Source: a virus. Taken from it: 64,000 nt of DNA. The notes under the pieces are model-generated. The model was given only the letters and a program-made list of their open reading frames with translations, made no database searches and had not been told where the DNA came from. Within the stretch, counting starts at the first letter, position 1; every line of letters begins with the position of its first letter. Below, piece after piece: positions 39,102-50,900 of the stretch. A program made the translations under genes and the position numbers. The DNA is taken from positions 1 to 64,000 of the IMG/VR virus record IMGVR_UViG_3300027659_000017; one strand, written 5' to 3'.

Positions 39102-42100
39102 TGTATAATAAAAAAGTTCTTATTGATGCTCTCAAAACTCTGGGTACACCTTCTACACCTAAGAAGTATAACTTCAATGATGGAGGTGCAAAAAATACTG
39201 GATTAAATGAGGTACCATACAAACAAGTTAGTGTTAAGCCATCAAATGTTGCAGGTAAAGGTTTGTTTGCAGATGAGCCAATTAAGGCCGGAGAAATAAT
39301 TGGTCTTTCTCATATCAAATCTTTTTATGAAAGAGGTGGTCAGAATTATATGAAGAGTCAAGAGACACCGGTTGTAGGTAAGTATTATAATCACTCTGAT
39401 GATGCATTTAATGCTGGTTCTATTATTGAAGGTAACAAAAGATATTTAAGAGCTCTCAGAGATATTGAAGCTGGAGAAGAGATACTTGGTAATTACCGTG
39501 AAGATGATGATCCTTCATTGGAAAGTCCAGATGATTTTAAGAGAGGTGGTTCTTTACCAAGAATGCCTAGAAAGAAAAACTCCAGAGGGTATTCTAGAAG
39601 TTTAGAAGCTACAAATAAGTTCTTTACTGAAAATGCATTCTTTGCCAAACCTAAGTCAAGAAAGAATAAAGTATATGATCCTAATTCAAAATACTATAGA
39701 AAAGGAGGAGCTTCTTCTCCAGAAGAATGGGAACAAGAAATTAGAGCTATAGAAAGTCAAATAGGAAATCCTAAAAACTGGACTCTAGAGGATCGTAATC
39801 TTTTACAAGATAAACTTAATGCTTATAAAAACTGGAGAGAAACAACTCCAGAAGGACAAGCTGTTAAAGATTCTCATAATGTACCAGGTGAGTATGAGGC
39901 TTTTATACCTGAGCATTTAAACGGAGCTCCTTATAATACATCAGGTCCAAGATACATAGAAGAATCTATGGAACAATATCCTGTTGGTAGTGCACCAAAA
40001 GTATATGGGAATGAGCCGGAAGATTATCAAAGATTTTTAGATTACAATCAAACAGCTCCTGAAAACAGAAGAGGTTATGAAGAGTATAGATATGGAGATC
40101 CAAATTCATATGATCACTATGGTATGTGGGATGCTCTTGGTAAACCAAAAGATTTTCAAGAAGCTCTTCAAATGAATCCTGATTGGACACCAGATGAATA
40201 TGATGGATCATATCATGGATTCAGTGTTAATCCTAACACAGGTGTGTTTCTTAAATCTGGTAAACCTGGATTAAAACCTGGAGATACTACCTGGATGGAA
40301 ATAGCTGGACATTATCTTAGCCCTAGAGCAGATATAGACACACCAGTATTTGATCCAGAGATAGGTAGATTTAAATATGTTCCTAATGAAGAATATATTG
40401 AAACAAAACTTTCACCAGAAGACATAGACAAGTACGTAAAAGGAGGTTATATTGTTGAAGACATTTCTGTACCTAAACTTACTAAAGCTAGAACTGGTTT
40501 AGAAGTTATTAAAACAGCTTTACCTTTTCTTAAAAAAACTGCACCAACTATGTTAGATTTAAAAAATCTTCCAGTTGGTTTTAATCCATCTGAACTTTCA
40601 TTTCCATTATTAATTAATGGTTCAAGTGGTTTTATACATACTGCACCTAACAGAAAACTTAATGATAATCTTTTTCATTTTGCAGCTAGCATGAAAAACC
40701 CATTGGAAGCAGGAAGAGCATTCAATATAATCAATCAAGCTTTTCCGTTTGCCAATCCCTCAATATTAGAACCAGCTAGTTTAAGTCTTGACTCTTTGAA
40801 TCTTTTATTAAACATGGGTCAGAAACGTGATTGGGATATGAGGTATGCTGATCATCATATTCCATTAAACTTCTTTTCTGAACATAATGATTTATTTGGT
40901 GATCTTGGTAGTACTAGAAGTGCACTACATCAAGCAATAGGTTCACAGTCTAAAAAAACTGGTAATGAAATGGTAGATAGACTGAATGCATATCTAAATG
41001 GAAGAGGGATACAACAGAAAGCATATCTACAATCACATGCTCCAGGATTAAGACAAATCATGATTCCTAACTTTCAACTAACTAGAAAATATGCTAAAGG
41101 AGGAACTAAGAATAATCCACCTGTATTAGGATCTTTACTTAAAGCTGTTACAAGATCTAACTATAATCCATTAAGTATACCTATTAAGTTAGCTGGTGAA
41201 AAAATTGCTAGAATAGGTCCTTTACCTTATAGAACAAAAGATGAAATAATAAAAAGTTTAACAGGTAAAATGGAACCGGCTTATTTTGGGCAAACTGGTA
41301 TTTATGGTTCAGATTCATCATTATTTTGGAATGACCCAGATGGTCCATTAATGAAGGATATATATGGTCTAGGTAAAAGAGATTTAATAGCTAACTATTT
41401 TAGAGGTATTGATACAGGATTCAAACCAATTGAATATGACTTTAATAATGATCCTGGTCTACAAGCTGCCATAAAACAGTATGGTCCTTTAAAAGCTTAT
41501 GAACTTTTATCTCAACAAGCTCATGGTGAACCATTAGAAGATGGTCGTATTGGTTATGCATTACGTGTGCATAATGATGCTATGAAAAAGTATGGTTTTG
41601 ATCCAGCTTTGTTTATTAAATATAATGATTGGGACTTTCATAAATTTAATCCTCTTGGATCTCCAGAATTTATAAAACAAAGTTATCATGATTTGTTTGA
41701 TAGATATGGACAAGAAACTATTCCAATTGAAATTCAATCTGATGCTTCAAAAGGAAATCCTGAATTTATGATGGCAGGCAATCCAGTAACTCCAGCAGAT
41801 AATATTGGAGGTCATATGGGTTTCTTACAAAGAACACCTGAGGAAGAATTTAATTTTACCACAAGAGATTTGTGGGGATTCAGACCAGAAGCATACAATA
41901 GCAAATGGAATATGGATACCAAAATGAAACAAGGCCAAACACAATTGATGGATGCTTTTGGTAAACCCTTTGTTCTTACACAGACTAATCCTATTCAATT
42001 TAACACATATAAGAACTTTAAGAAGAAGTTCTTTAAGAAGGGTGGTGCTAAGACTAATCCACCACTTCTTGGTAATATGGCTAAGGCTATACAAAGAGGA

Positions 42101-44968
42101 TACAGCCCTAACTTAGTAAAGTCAATATTTGAGTTAAGTCAGAATGGTCAGAACTTGCAAGCATTAAATTATCTAAAAAATAATTACCTACGAAATATGG
42201 GTTCTTTAATGGATCTACCTGGAGCTGTGCAAGGTTCTACATTAGACTTACCACAACTTAATGCACAACAGATAGAAGCATTACTGCATCAGAAACCTAT
42301 GTTAGAAAGTGATTTTCTAACTCAATACAGTGGGTATAATCCTATACAATATGATGGAGGTTTACCAATTGTTACTGGGGGATTGACAGGTCATAAAACT
42401 TCATTCCAAAACTTTGACAGAAACTTTAGAGGAACAGGTTTTGGTAATCAAACGGGTGGTGTATATTTTACTACACAACCAACTGTTGCTGCTGAGAATG
42501 CTCAAATTAGTAGTATGGGTGGCTATGGATTTAATCCTAATACACCAACATTTACACCTCATATTTCAGAAGCTATATTTAAAAATCCTGATAAATTTTT
42601 ACAGTATAATGCACCCATAACAGAAGAATTGGCTAAATCTATTGGAATGATTAATGGCATAGATCCAAGAAATAGTGACACATTAGGACAGCTTGAAATT
42701 GATCTGAGAAAAAGTTTTTCAAAAACTGATGATTATAGTGATTATGATTTTGCTATGAAATCAGCTGCTGATGCTTTAAGAGAAAAAGGAATTGCAGGTT
42801 ATTTTGATCCAAGTGGTCGTATCCAAGAAATAGTGGCTTTTGATGAAGGTGATGTAAATAAAATAAAACAGTTTGAACTTTACAAAGATCTTGATGATGC
42901 TTTGATTATGGGATATCTGAAAGCAATTTCTAAAACTCCATCAACACAAACTGATGCAGAGAAAAAATTGGTTGCTGCATTTGAAGAGTATCTGAAAACT
43001 GGTAACAAACAACAACTAATAGATAGAAAGAAAGGTGGTGCACTACCACCATCTCTATTGAAGACTCTCAAAGGAGTTAGTAAATTGACTCCAGGTAATG
43101 CTTTAAGATCTACATTGTACTCTGCTGTTAATCCAGCTAGTTATAACATTCTAAAAAAAATAAAGGCTGCACCTCTTGAGCTATACAATAACATGATGTA
43201 CAATGATACTCGTCCCTTTAGAGTAGGTATGAGTTTAAAACATGGGGCTCCTGAATTAAGAGACAACATGTTAGAACATGTTCGTATGGATTTAAACCAG
43301 TGGAATAAAACTTCATTGGCAGATCAAATGGCTGCAATAAAAAATGCATATGGTAGCAAGCATTTGAACACATTAGAAGATATTGGAAGAAGAAGATTAG
43401 ATTCCTGGGCTGTAGGTTTGAAAAGACCACAGGAGCATAATACTTTAGAACAAGTGGGTGACAATACATTTAGAATGGTTGACACAGAATATACTCCTAT
43501 GTACTTAAATGAACTTTACAATGATCTATTAGCTACAAAAATTGAATCTGATCCTATGGCCAACGGCTTTGGTTCTGTTGTTGATGATGGACAATTCAGT
43601 CCACTAGAACAACTTAGTAGAGATCAGTTTAGAGTTAAGACACAATATTTTGCTTCTAATCCAGCAACAGTTCCGTACAGATTATCAGAAAAAGATAAGA
43701 TAGGATATCCAAATTGGAATAGAACAAGACATGCACAAGTTGATCCTATGGGTCTTTTATCTAAGATGACTACAGGTACGGTATATGACAATGACCGTTA
43801 TGGAGTAATGGGTGGTTACAATTGGAAAATTAATGAACATCCAGAAGGAATGGTTTTTCAAACCAATGACCTATGGGATTTAAATCCGTTTGAAAAAAGA
43901 ATAGATCCTATGTTAAATACTGATGCTCTTAAAAATAAGTATCTAAACATGCACTATTACAAACCATTCCAAAACTTTGAAGCACTTCGTGCAGTGGGTG
44001 GTAAACCATTTAACATACAGAACAATTTCTTGGTAGATCCTGATTCATTTAATGTACTAAGACAATGGGCAGAAGGTGGACCATTAAAAGGGGGTCCAGA
44101 AGAACCTATAACAGATTGTCCAGAAGGCTACACATATGATCCAGATAAATTGGGTTGTGTACCAATGTCAAGTGATGTACAAGATCCTGCTCAACAACAT
44201 ATTTCCAACTGGTGGATGAATAGAGAAATAAAATGGCCTGAGAATAATAAAGATTATCAAAACAATATGGAACAGATTCTTCCTACATCAAATCCAAATT
44301 CTCCTGTTATAGAGCAATTAAACAATTGGCCGGGTTATGTTTATACTGATAATTTACCAAGACCAGATGCTGGAGGTACATATGACACTTCAAAAAAAGA
44401 ACCAAGAATATTTGTAAGGAAAAGTTTTAGTCCTGAAATGAGATTGCAAACTGAAATACATGAAGGAACTTCACATGCCAATGCTCCAGTAGCAGATCAA
44501 TTATTTGATATGCATAATAGGATTATGAAACAAAATCTTATTCCAATAAATAAAGATTGGTCACCAGCACAAAAAGATTTTTACAATTATGTGACAGCAC
44601 CAGATGAAGATAACTACCACTCTTATCTTATGAATGCCAGAAAGATATTTAATGTAGATCCTAAACAAGTTGTAACTGAATCTGATATAAATAAATGGAG
44701 ACAACAAGCTGAAGAAAGTGGAATGATGGATAGAGAGAGTCCTAACTTTAATGAAGAGATTTACATTTTATTTAAATTCGCAAAAGATCCAGCATCATTG
44801 ACCAATATATTTAATTACATGGCAGAAAATAAAAATGAATCTGCTGAAGAAGGTCCACAGTATACTAAAGATGGTGGTAGTATTGACTACGAATTAGGTG
44901 ACACAGTAGATAAAGCTACTATGGAAAAATTAAAAGAATTAGGTTATACCTTTGAACAAATTAAGTGA
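39101..44968 (+). CDS. giant modular protein A, putative virion cargo (SET, ART-like, zincin-like, 2 x unknown domain)
   Basis: 1955 aa; modules separated by xKxGG tags. Confidence 0.7.
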   Translation: MYNKKVLIDALKTLGTPSTPKKYNFNDGGAKNTGLNEVPYKQVSVKPSNVAGKGLFADEPIKAGEIIGLSHIKSFYERGGQNYMKSQETPVVGKYYNHSDDAFNAGSIIEGNKRYLRALRDIEAGEEILGNYREDDDPSLESPDDFKRGGSLPRMPRKKNSRGYSRSLEATNKFFTENAFFAKPKSRKNKVYDPNSKYYRKGGASSPEEWEQEIRAIESQIGNPKNWTLEDRNLLQDKLNAYKNWRETTPEGQAVKDSHNVPGEYEAFIPEHLNGAPYNTSGPRYIEESMEQYPVGSAPKVYGNEPEDYQRFLDYNQTAPENRRGYEEYRYGDPNSYDHYGMWDALGKPKDFQEALQMNPDWTPDEYDGSYHGFSVNPNTGVFLKSGKPGLKPGDTTWMEIAGHYLSPRADIDTPVFDPEIGRFKYVPNEEYIETKLSPEDIDKYVKGGYIVEDISVPKLTKARTGLEVIKTALPFLKKTAPTMLDLKNLPVGFNPSELSFPLLINGSSGFIHTAPNRKLNDNLFHFAASMKNPLEAGRAFNIINQAFPFANPSILEPASLSLDSLNLLLNMGQKRDWDMRYADHHIPLNFFSEHNDLFGDLGSTRSALHQAIGSQSKKTGNEMVDRLNAYLNGRGIQQKAYLQSHAPGLRQIMIPNFQLTRKYAKGGTKNNPPVLGSLLKAVTRSNYNPLSIPIKLAGEKIARIGPLPYRTKDEIIKSLTGKMEPAYFGQTGIYGSDSSLFWNDPDGPLMKDIYGLGKRDLIANYFRGIDTGFKPIEYDFNNDPGLQAAIKQYGPLKAYELLSQQAHGEPLEDGRIGYALRVHNDAMKKYGFDPALFIKYNDWDFHKFNPLGSPEFIKQSYHDLFDRYGQETIPIEIQSDASKGNPEFMMAGNPVTPADNIGGHMGFLQRTPEEEFNFTTRDLWGFRPEAYNSKWNMDTKMKQGQTQLMDAFGKPFVLTQTNPIQFNTYKNFKKKFFKKGGAKTNPPLLGNMAKAIQRGYSPNLVKSIFELSQNGQNLQALNYLKNNYLRNMGSLMDLPGAVQGSTLDLPQLNAQQIEALLHQKPMLESDFLTQYSGYNPIQYDGGLPIVTGGLTGHKTSFQNFDRNFRGTGFGNQTGGVYFTTQPTVAAENAQISSMGGYGFNPNTPTFTPHISEAIFKNPDKFLQYNAPITEELAKSIGMINGIDPRNSDTLGQLEIDLRKSFSKTDDYSDYDFAMKSAADALREKGIAGYFDPSGRIQEIVAFDEGDVNKIKQFELYKDLDDALIMGYLKAISKTPSTQTDAEKKLVAAFEEYLKTGNKQQLIDRKKGGALPPSLLKTLKGVSKLTPGNALRSTLYSAVNPASYNILKKIKAAPLELYNNMMYNDTRPFRVGMSLKHGAPELRDNMLEHVRMDLNQWNKTSLADQMAAIKNAYGSKHLNTLEDIGRRRLDSWAVGLKRPQEHNTLEQVGDNTFRMVDTEYTPMYLNELYNDLLATKIESDPMANGFGSVVDDGQFSPLEQLSRDQFRVKTQYFASNPATVPYRLSEKDKIGYPNWNRTRHAQVDPMGLLSKMTTGTVYDNDRYGVMGGYNWKINEHPEGMVFQTNDLWDLNPFEKRIDPMLNTDALKNKYLNMHYYKPFQNFEALRAVGGKPFNIQNNFLVDPDSFNVLRQWAEGGPLKGGPEEPITDCPEGYTYDPDKLGCVPMSSDVQDPAQQHISNWWMNREIKWPENNKDYQNNMEQILPTSNPNSPVIEQLNNWPGYVYTDNLPRPDAGGTYDTSKKEPRIFVRKSFSPEMRLQTEIHEGTSHANAPVADQLFDMHNRIMKQNLIPINKDWSPAQKDFYNYVTAPDEDNYHSYLMNARKIFNVDPKQVVTESDINKWRQQAEESGMMDRESPNFNEEIYILFKFAKDPASLTNIFNYMAENKNESAEEGPQYTKDGGSIDYELGDTVDKATMEKLKELGYTFEQIK

Positions 44969-47900
44969 TGGCAAAATATAGAATAACAAGTATTCCTCAA
45001 TCATTACCACAAGCTCGTAAAGGAGGGTCATTAAAGTACAAGAAAGCAAAATCTGGTAAATTAAAAAATTTCTTCTTTGGTAATGAAGGTGATTATGATA
45101 ATATTGCCATGGATATGTTCAATACGGATATGATGAATGGATCTCCTAGAACTGCTGCCGGTAATCAACCTATGGTAGAAGTAGAAGGTGCACCACAACC
45201 ATCATACTGGAATATGCAGCAAGGATGTCCTCCTGGAAAATTCTCTTACAATGGTCAATGTTTTACAGAAGCCGAGTATGTAGAGTATTCTAAAAGAGAA
45301 ATGGAAGAGTACGAAAGAAGTATGAACCAGAAGAAAGCTGCTAGTCAACAAAGATTTGAAGGTATAGTTCAAGAAAACCAACAACGAGCACAAGAACAAA
45401 GTACTAGGTTAAATCAAGAAGAAACTGAAAGATACTATACTAATTTCAAAAACTCAAAGAAGTCTGATAAGATAGATCCATACATGTCCATTCCTAATTT
45501 GAATATGGATAGAATGGTGGATATGGTTGATCCAGAAGGTAATCCTGTTTTAGGGGAGGATGGTAAGCCACAGCAAGAAACTTTAGGAGATCAATTAAAG
45601 AAATCTTTTCTTATTAACGTTACAGAGAATGGATATACACAACTGTATCCAAAAGATATTGTCCATGACAGAATCGTTAAGCATGGTTTTCAAGCCGATC
45701 AGTTTAAGAATATCTGGGGATTAGATCCTAAACAAGTTAAAGAACAACTTGGAGATATAATGAAACTGGCTGATGAACAGTACACTAATACTGTTTTGAA
45801 CAAGGTTGCTAAAACTGCTATAGAAGAAGGTAAGTCACCGGAAGAAGTAATCAAATCTTTACCTACATCATGGGGAGGAAGTGAATTGACTAAATATATT
45901 AAGCCATCTCAAGAAGAGGTTGATAAAATCTATTCTGAATTTGTTAAACAAAGTTTAGAAGGTCTTCAAAAACAAATAGGTGTTAAGGAAGAGGATGGAA
46001 TGCTGCGGTATGACAGAAGTAAAAAAGCAGATAAACCAAAACTTGATTTTGATTTTGAAAGTGATATCTATTTAAATGCATATGATGATGATGGTACTTT
46101 AACAGCACAAGAAGTAGATCCTGTAAAAGCATATGCTCAGAAGTGGATAGCTTCAGGAAAGACTGCTAAAGAAAGATATGAAAGACAAATGCAAGTTGAT
46201 GCTATCAACCGTAAAGATTATTCAAAAACATATGATGAAGCAGTTAAAAATGATAAAACATTTAAAGAAACATTTAATATAGATGATATTAATTTAAATG
46301 CATCCGGAGAGGATATAAATAATATGCCTCCTTCAGATAGAATGCAAACACTTAAACTTAATGAGACACGTAGACTTAATGAGATCAATCAAAGCAATTC
46401 TGAGAGAGCTGAAGAAAATATAGGAGATAATGCTGTACAAACTAAACGTACTGAAGATTTAATAAAACTTACAGGTTTTACAGATGACTTTAATAAATTT
46501 ATGCAAGAACGGCAACGTTTAACTATGTATGGTGTATATAAAAATGCATTAACAGATTCAGGAATATCCTATGCAGATAAAGCTAAAGTTCTACAACATC
46601 TCAATGACAACAAAGGTGACTTAGCATATAACTATTTGTTTGACAGAAGCCGTGATGCTTCTGATCCCTTATCACAAAATAATTATAATTCTGAACTAGG
46701 TAGCTTAATGGGTGGAGAAGGTTATGGAAATCTTTTGACACAGCCAAAAATTCAACAAGGAAAAGCTCCAGGTGCCGATATTGGTGTAGGTGCTAAAACA
46801 TGGGATGTCTTAACCAATTGGGGTGATGCTGCTTATCATGGATTAAATGCTTTTATAGGTAATAAAGATTTTAGTGATAACATGTGGAGTATTCCAGGTA
46901 AATCTTTAAATGAAGTAAAAGCTGATGAAGAAAGATTAGGTATAGATCTAAGAGGTAACGATCAATTTAATGCTTCACTTGTACCTGAACTTTTAAATAA
47001 GTTAAATCCTTTGCATGCAGTAGATGAAATCTATAGAGGTTATAAAAGAAATGGACTTAAAGGAGCTTCATCTAAAGCAAGTAAAGCAGCATGGGATGCT
47101 ACTGAAACTGCAGCAATGTTTATTCCAGGGGGTCAAGGAATTAAATTACTACGTCAAGCATCTCTATTAAACAATACTCTAAATAAAGGTAGTCTATTAA
47201 ATAAAATTTCTAAAGGTTTTAATGGACTACAAAGAGGAATTAATAGTCTAGGTTTGCCTGGACAATATGTAACAAACTACTTTAACAAAAGTCTACCAGC
47301 ATTTGCTTTTGATGCAGTAAGACCATATGGTGAATTTCATGAAGGTTTTGAAAATTTAACAGAAGGAAAAACAACAGAAGGTTTAAAAAACTTGGGATGG
47401 GGAACACTTGGTATAACTCCATATATAAGTAAAATACCACGTATTGAATACCAAACTCCATCAGGTAGAACATTTGGTATTGGTAATACAGGAACAACTT
47501 GGACTACTGCACAAAATGAAAAACAATTTGCAGACTTAATGAAATCTAGTACACTTGATGATTTAAAAAAAGTTTATTCAGAAGAAAATCAAATTGCAGA
47601 AGCTGAACAAGCACTTAATAATGGAACAGCATTTCCAAATTATACATTTACACATCCGTTAAAAAGACAAGCTCAACTTTCTGATGATTTTCAAAATATG
47701 ACTAATCAAGAATTTGCTTTCAAAAATTTAGGATTTGCTCCAAAACCAGGAGGACCTTTTCAACTTGGAACTTTCAATAGCCCATTAAAATATTCAGGAA
47801 AACTCGGACAGTTACAATTTGGTACAGGAAAATTTTTTCCAGCTAAACTTCAGGGAATAGAATACAGACCTAATATACAGTATGATACTGCACCTATGAC

Positions 47901-50900
47901 TATTGGTTTTAGAAATGGAGGTTCTATTCCTAAAGCTAATGTAGGTATGATTGTTAGTGGACTGCAAAGTTTAGGTAACCCTACAAAGATGAAAACTGGT
48001 GGAGCATTACCACCACCTAACTTAGGTAAGATAGTAAAGGTAGCAAACAGTTTAGCAATTCCTACAAAACAGATGGTAAAGTCGTTACCAAGTATGGGTA
48101 ATCAACCTGGTTTAGAATGGTTACAAAGGTGGTATTCAAGTCCAGAGTTAGCAACAAGAATTTCAAACACTATTGATCCATCTTCTGCTTTTGATCTTAA
48201 AAAACATAGTGTTTCTTTAGAAAAGTTAATGGCAGCACAGCCTAAAACATATTCTCAATTAGCAGCAAAAAACGGTTTACTACAAACTATTCCTTATTAT
48301 ATAGGGACAGGTGGTTTGTACTCAGGTGGTAATTTATATATCAATCGTCTTTTATCTAAAGCAAATCAAGAGTCTTTTACAGCTCATGAAGGAACTCATT
48401 TATATGATGATCCAAGACATGCTGTAACCCAACCAACGGTAACACAAGAATGGATAGGACCTGATGGACAGAGAAGAGTTCAATTTGATGAAAATTCACT
48501 TGTCCAAGATGATTATCATTTAGATGCAAATGGAAGACCTACCTTTTTTAATCAAAAAGAAACCGAAATGTTATTAAAACCTTTTGGTCTTTCTAAACCT
48601 CCTTTGTATCCAAACAAAATGGATCTTTTTGGTAATGATTATTTTAGAAGATACTATACACATCCAGATGAAATTCATGCTAGAATGAACCAAGGTAGAT
48701 TTATGCTTAATAAATCTCCAGAAGATCCTTTTACATTAGATGATTTTAATAAAGTACAAACTTTAGAGGACTGGTTTGGAATGGGTAAACATATAACAGA
48801 TAAAAATGCTTTTCTGGATTTGATGAATAAATTCTATGGAGTTGTCCCTGCTGCAATAGTAGGTTCTCAACTACTAGATGAAGACACAGAACAAAGAAAA
48901 AAAGGAGGATCTACACCAAAAGCTAAAGCAAATCCACCAAGAGTATTGGGAAGAACAGTTCAAAGTATTAGTAGTATGTTGAAACCTACTTCTCAATTTA
49001 GAACTACCATGAATGCATTAGAAAATTTTGGAAGTACTTTACCTACAAATATGTCTCTTTTGAATTCAGTTGCTAAACCATTCCAAGGTATTAATAATCC
49101 TGTCATGGATTTAAATGTACAAGGCTTACTGAAGTCTCCAACTGATTTGGGTGGTACAGGAATAATAGGTTATGGAGATGACATACATAAAGGTGATCCA
49201 TGGTATCAAATAGATCCTGCAGATTATGGAGGAAGTGAGACATGGAGACAAGAAGGAAGAACTGATGCTGAAGGATCTATAGAAAGATATCTTGGTAATC
49301 TAAAACCATATGGACCGGATGCATTTAATAATATAGGAAACTTTGATTTTGAGATAGGATCAGATGGATGGAAAGCAAGAAATGCAATGATGGGAATGGC
49401 CAGTCCACTGTACCAACCTCAGAAAACTCTAGGCACAGGAGATTTTTATACATTTGATGAGTTCAGTAATTTAGTTCAAAAACAAACACAGTATTTAAAT
49501 GATAGAGCTGCTTTTGATGAAATGTATCCTGAAGACCCAGGTATGAGAATGTGGAATGCTTTACGTGGTGATACACAAAGAGATGAAATGTTTGCTAATT
49601 TATTTCCCAATTCTGGTATACAAAACTTTAAACAAAAGTTTTATACTCCAGAACTTTTAGATCTTATGAAAAAAACAGATCGAGATGAAAAAGGTAGAAA
49701 TTTATATGATCAATTGGTAAGTAATACAAACATGGGTGATAATAAAATGTTAAACATGAGGTCTTTAAATAGTGTAACAAAAGGAGAAGATACTTTACCT
49801 TCTACATACAAAGACTTAGTTGAGTACTTAAAACCTGATAGTTATTTATATACGGCTCCAGCTAAAGAGGTTGTTGGTGAAATGAGAGGAAGTCTTGGAC
49901 TAAAATTAGAAGACATTAATAATGCTACACCAGAGCAACTTGAAAAATGGAAACAAGAAATTATTAAAAAAATGTATGAACAAGCTAAAGAAAGATGGGA
50001 CAAAGATTCAACTATTCCTTTATCTGGTTATGATGCATATGAAAAATTCTTTAGTAGGTCAGGTTCTAAGAATAAACTTGGAGGAGCTATACCAAAAGCA
50101 CGACTGGGGTTAAGTGTAATTGGAAAGAATGTAAATAACATAGAAAACATTCTTAATGGTACAGCTAAATCAACAAATCTATTAAGACTAGTTGATAGAG
50201 CTATTACTCCGGTTGGTTATGGAATAGTTGGAAAAATGTTAGCATCTCCATTTACTTATATTAAACCTTATGTGCCGCAAACTTATGGTCTTAAGAATAG
50301 ATATGATGCATGGAATCTATATAATCAAATACAACCAAAATATGGAGGCCTGAGTCTTAATGAAGATGGTACAGTTGCGGTAAAAAACTTTGATATTTCA
50401 AAACCTATATTAGATCAAATAAGAAATTCAGAAAGAAACTCTTTTGAAACTGAAGAATTCAATAAGATGAATGGACATTTGGCAATTAACTTTGGTGGTG
50501 TTCATGGAAATGGTCTTGTAGCTAAAGGAGTTGATGATACTGGAAGACAGTATATGGATTTTACTGATACATGGGATTTACACCCTTTACAAAGATTTGG
50601 TAATTTGTTACCCAAGCCAATAAGAAATATTGAAGTTGGTCAAGTAACAGGTGGTAAACCTTTTGATCTTCGTAATAGAATTTACTTTGATGGAGAAGGA
50701 AATTATTTTAATCAAGATGGTACTCCATTAATTACATATAGTAAAGAAGTACCAGGATTTGACTATACAAATGGAGCATTACAGGTACAGCAAAATGCAT
50801 CAACAAGAAATATAAAAGAAATTGAATTACCAGATAATAAAAATGTTGAGTTTGTTGCAAGTTCAGGTGTACCTGAAAATGAATTTCAACAAGTAAATGA

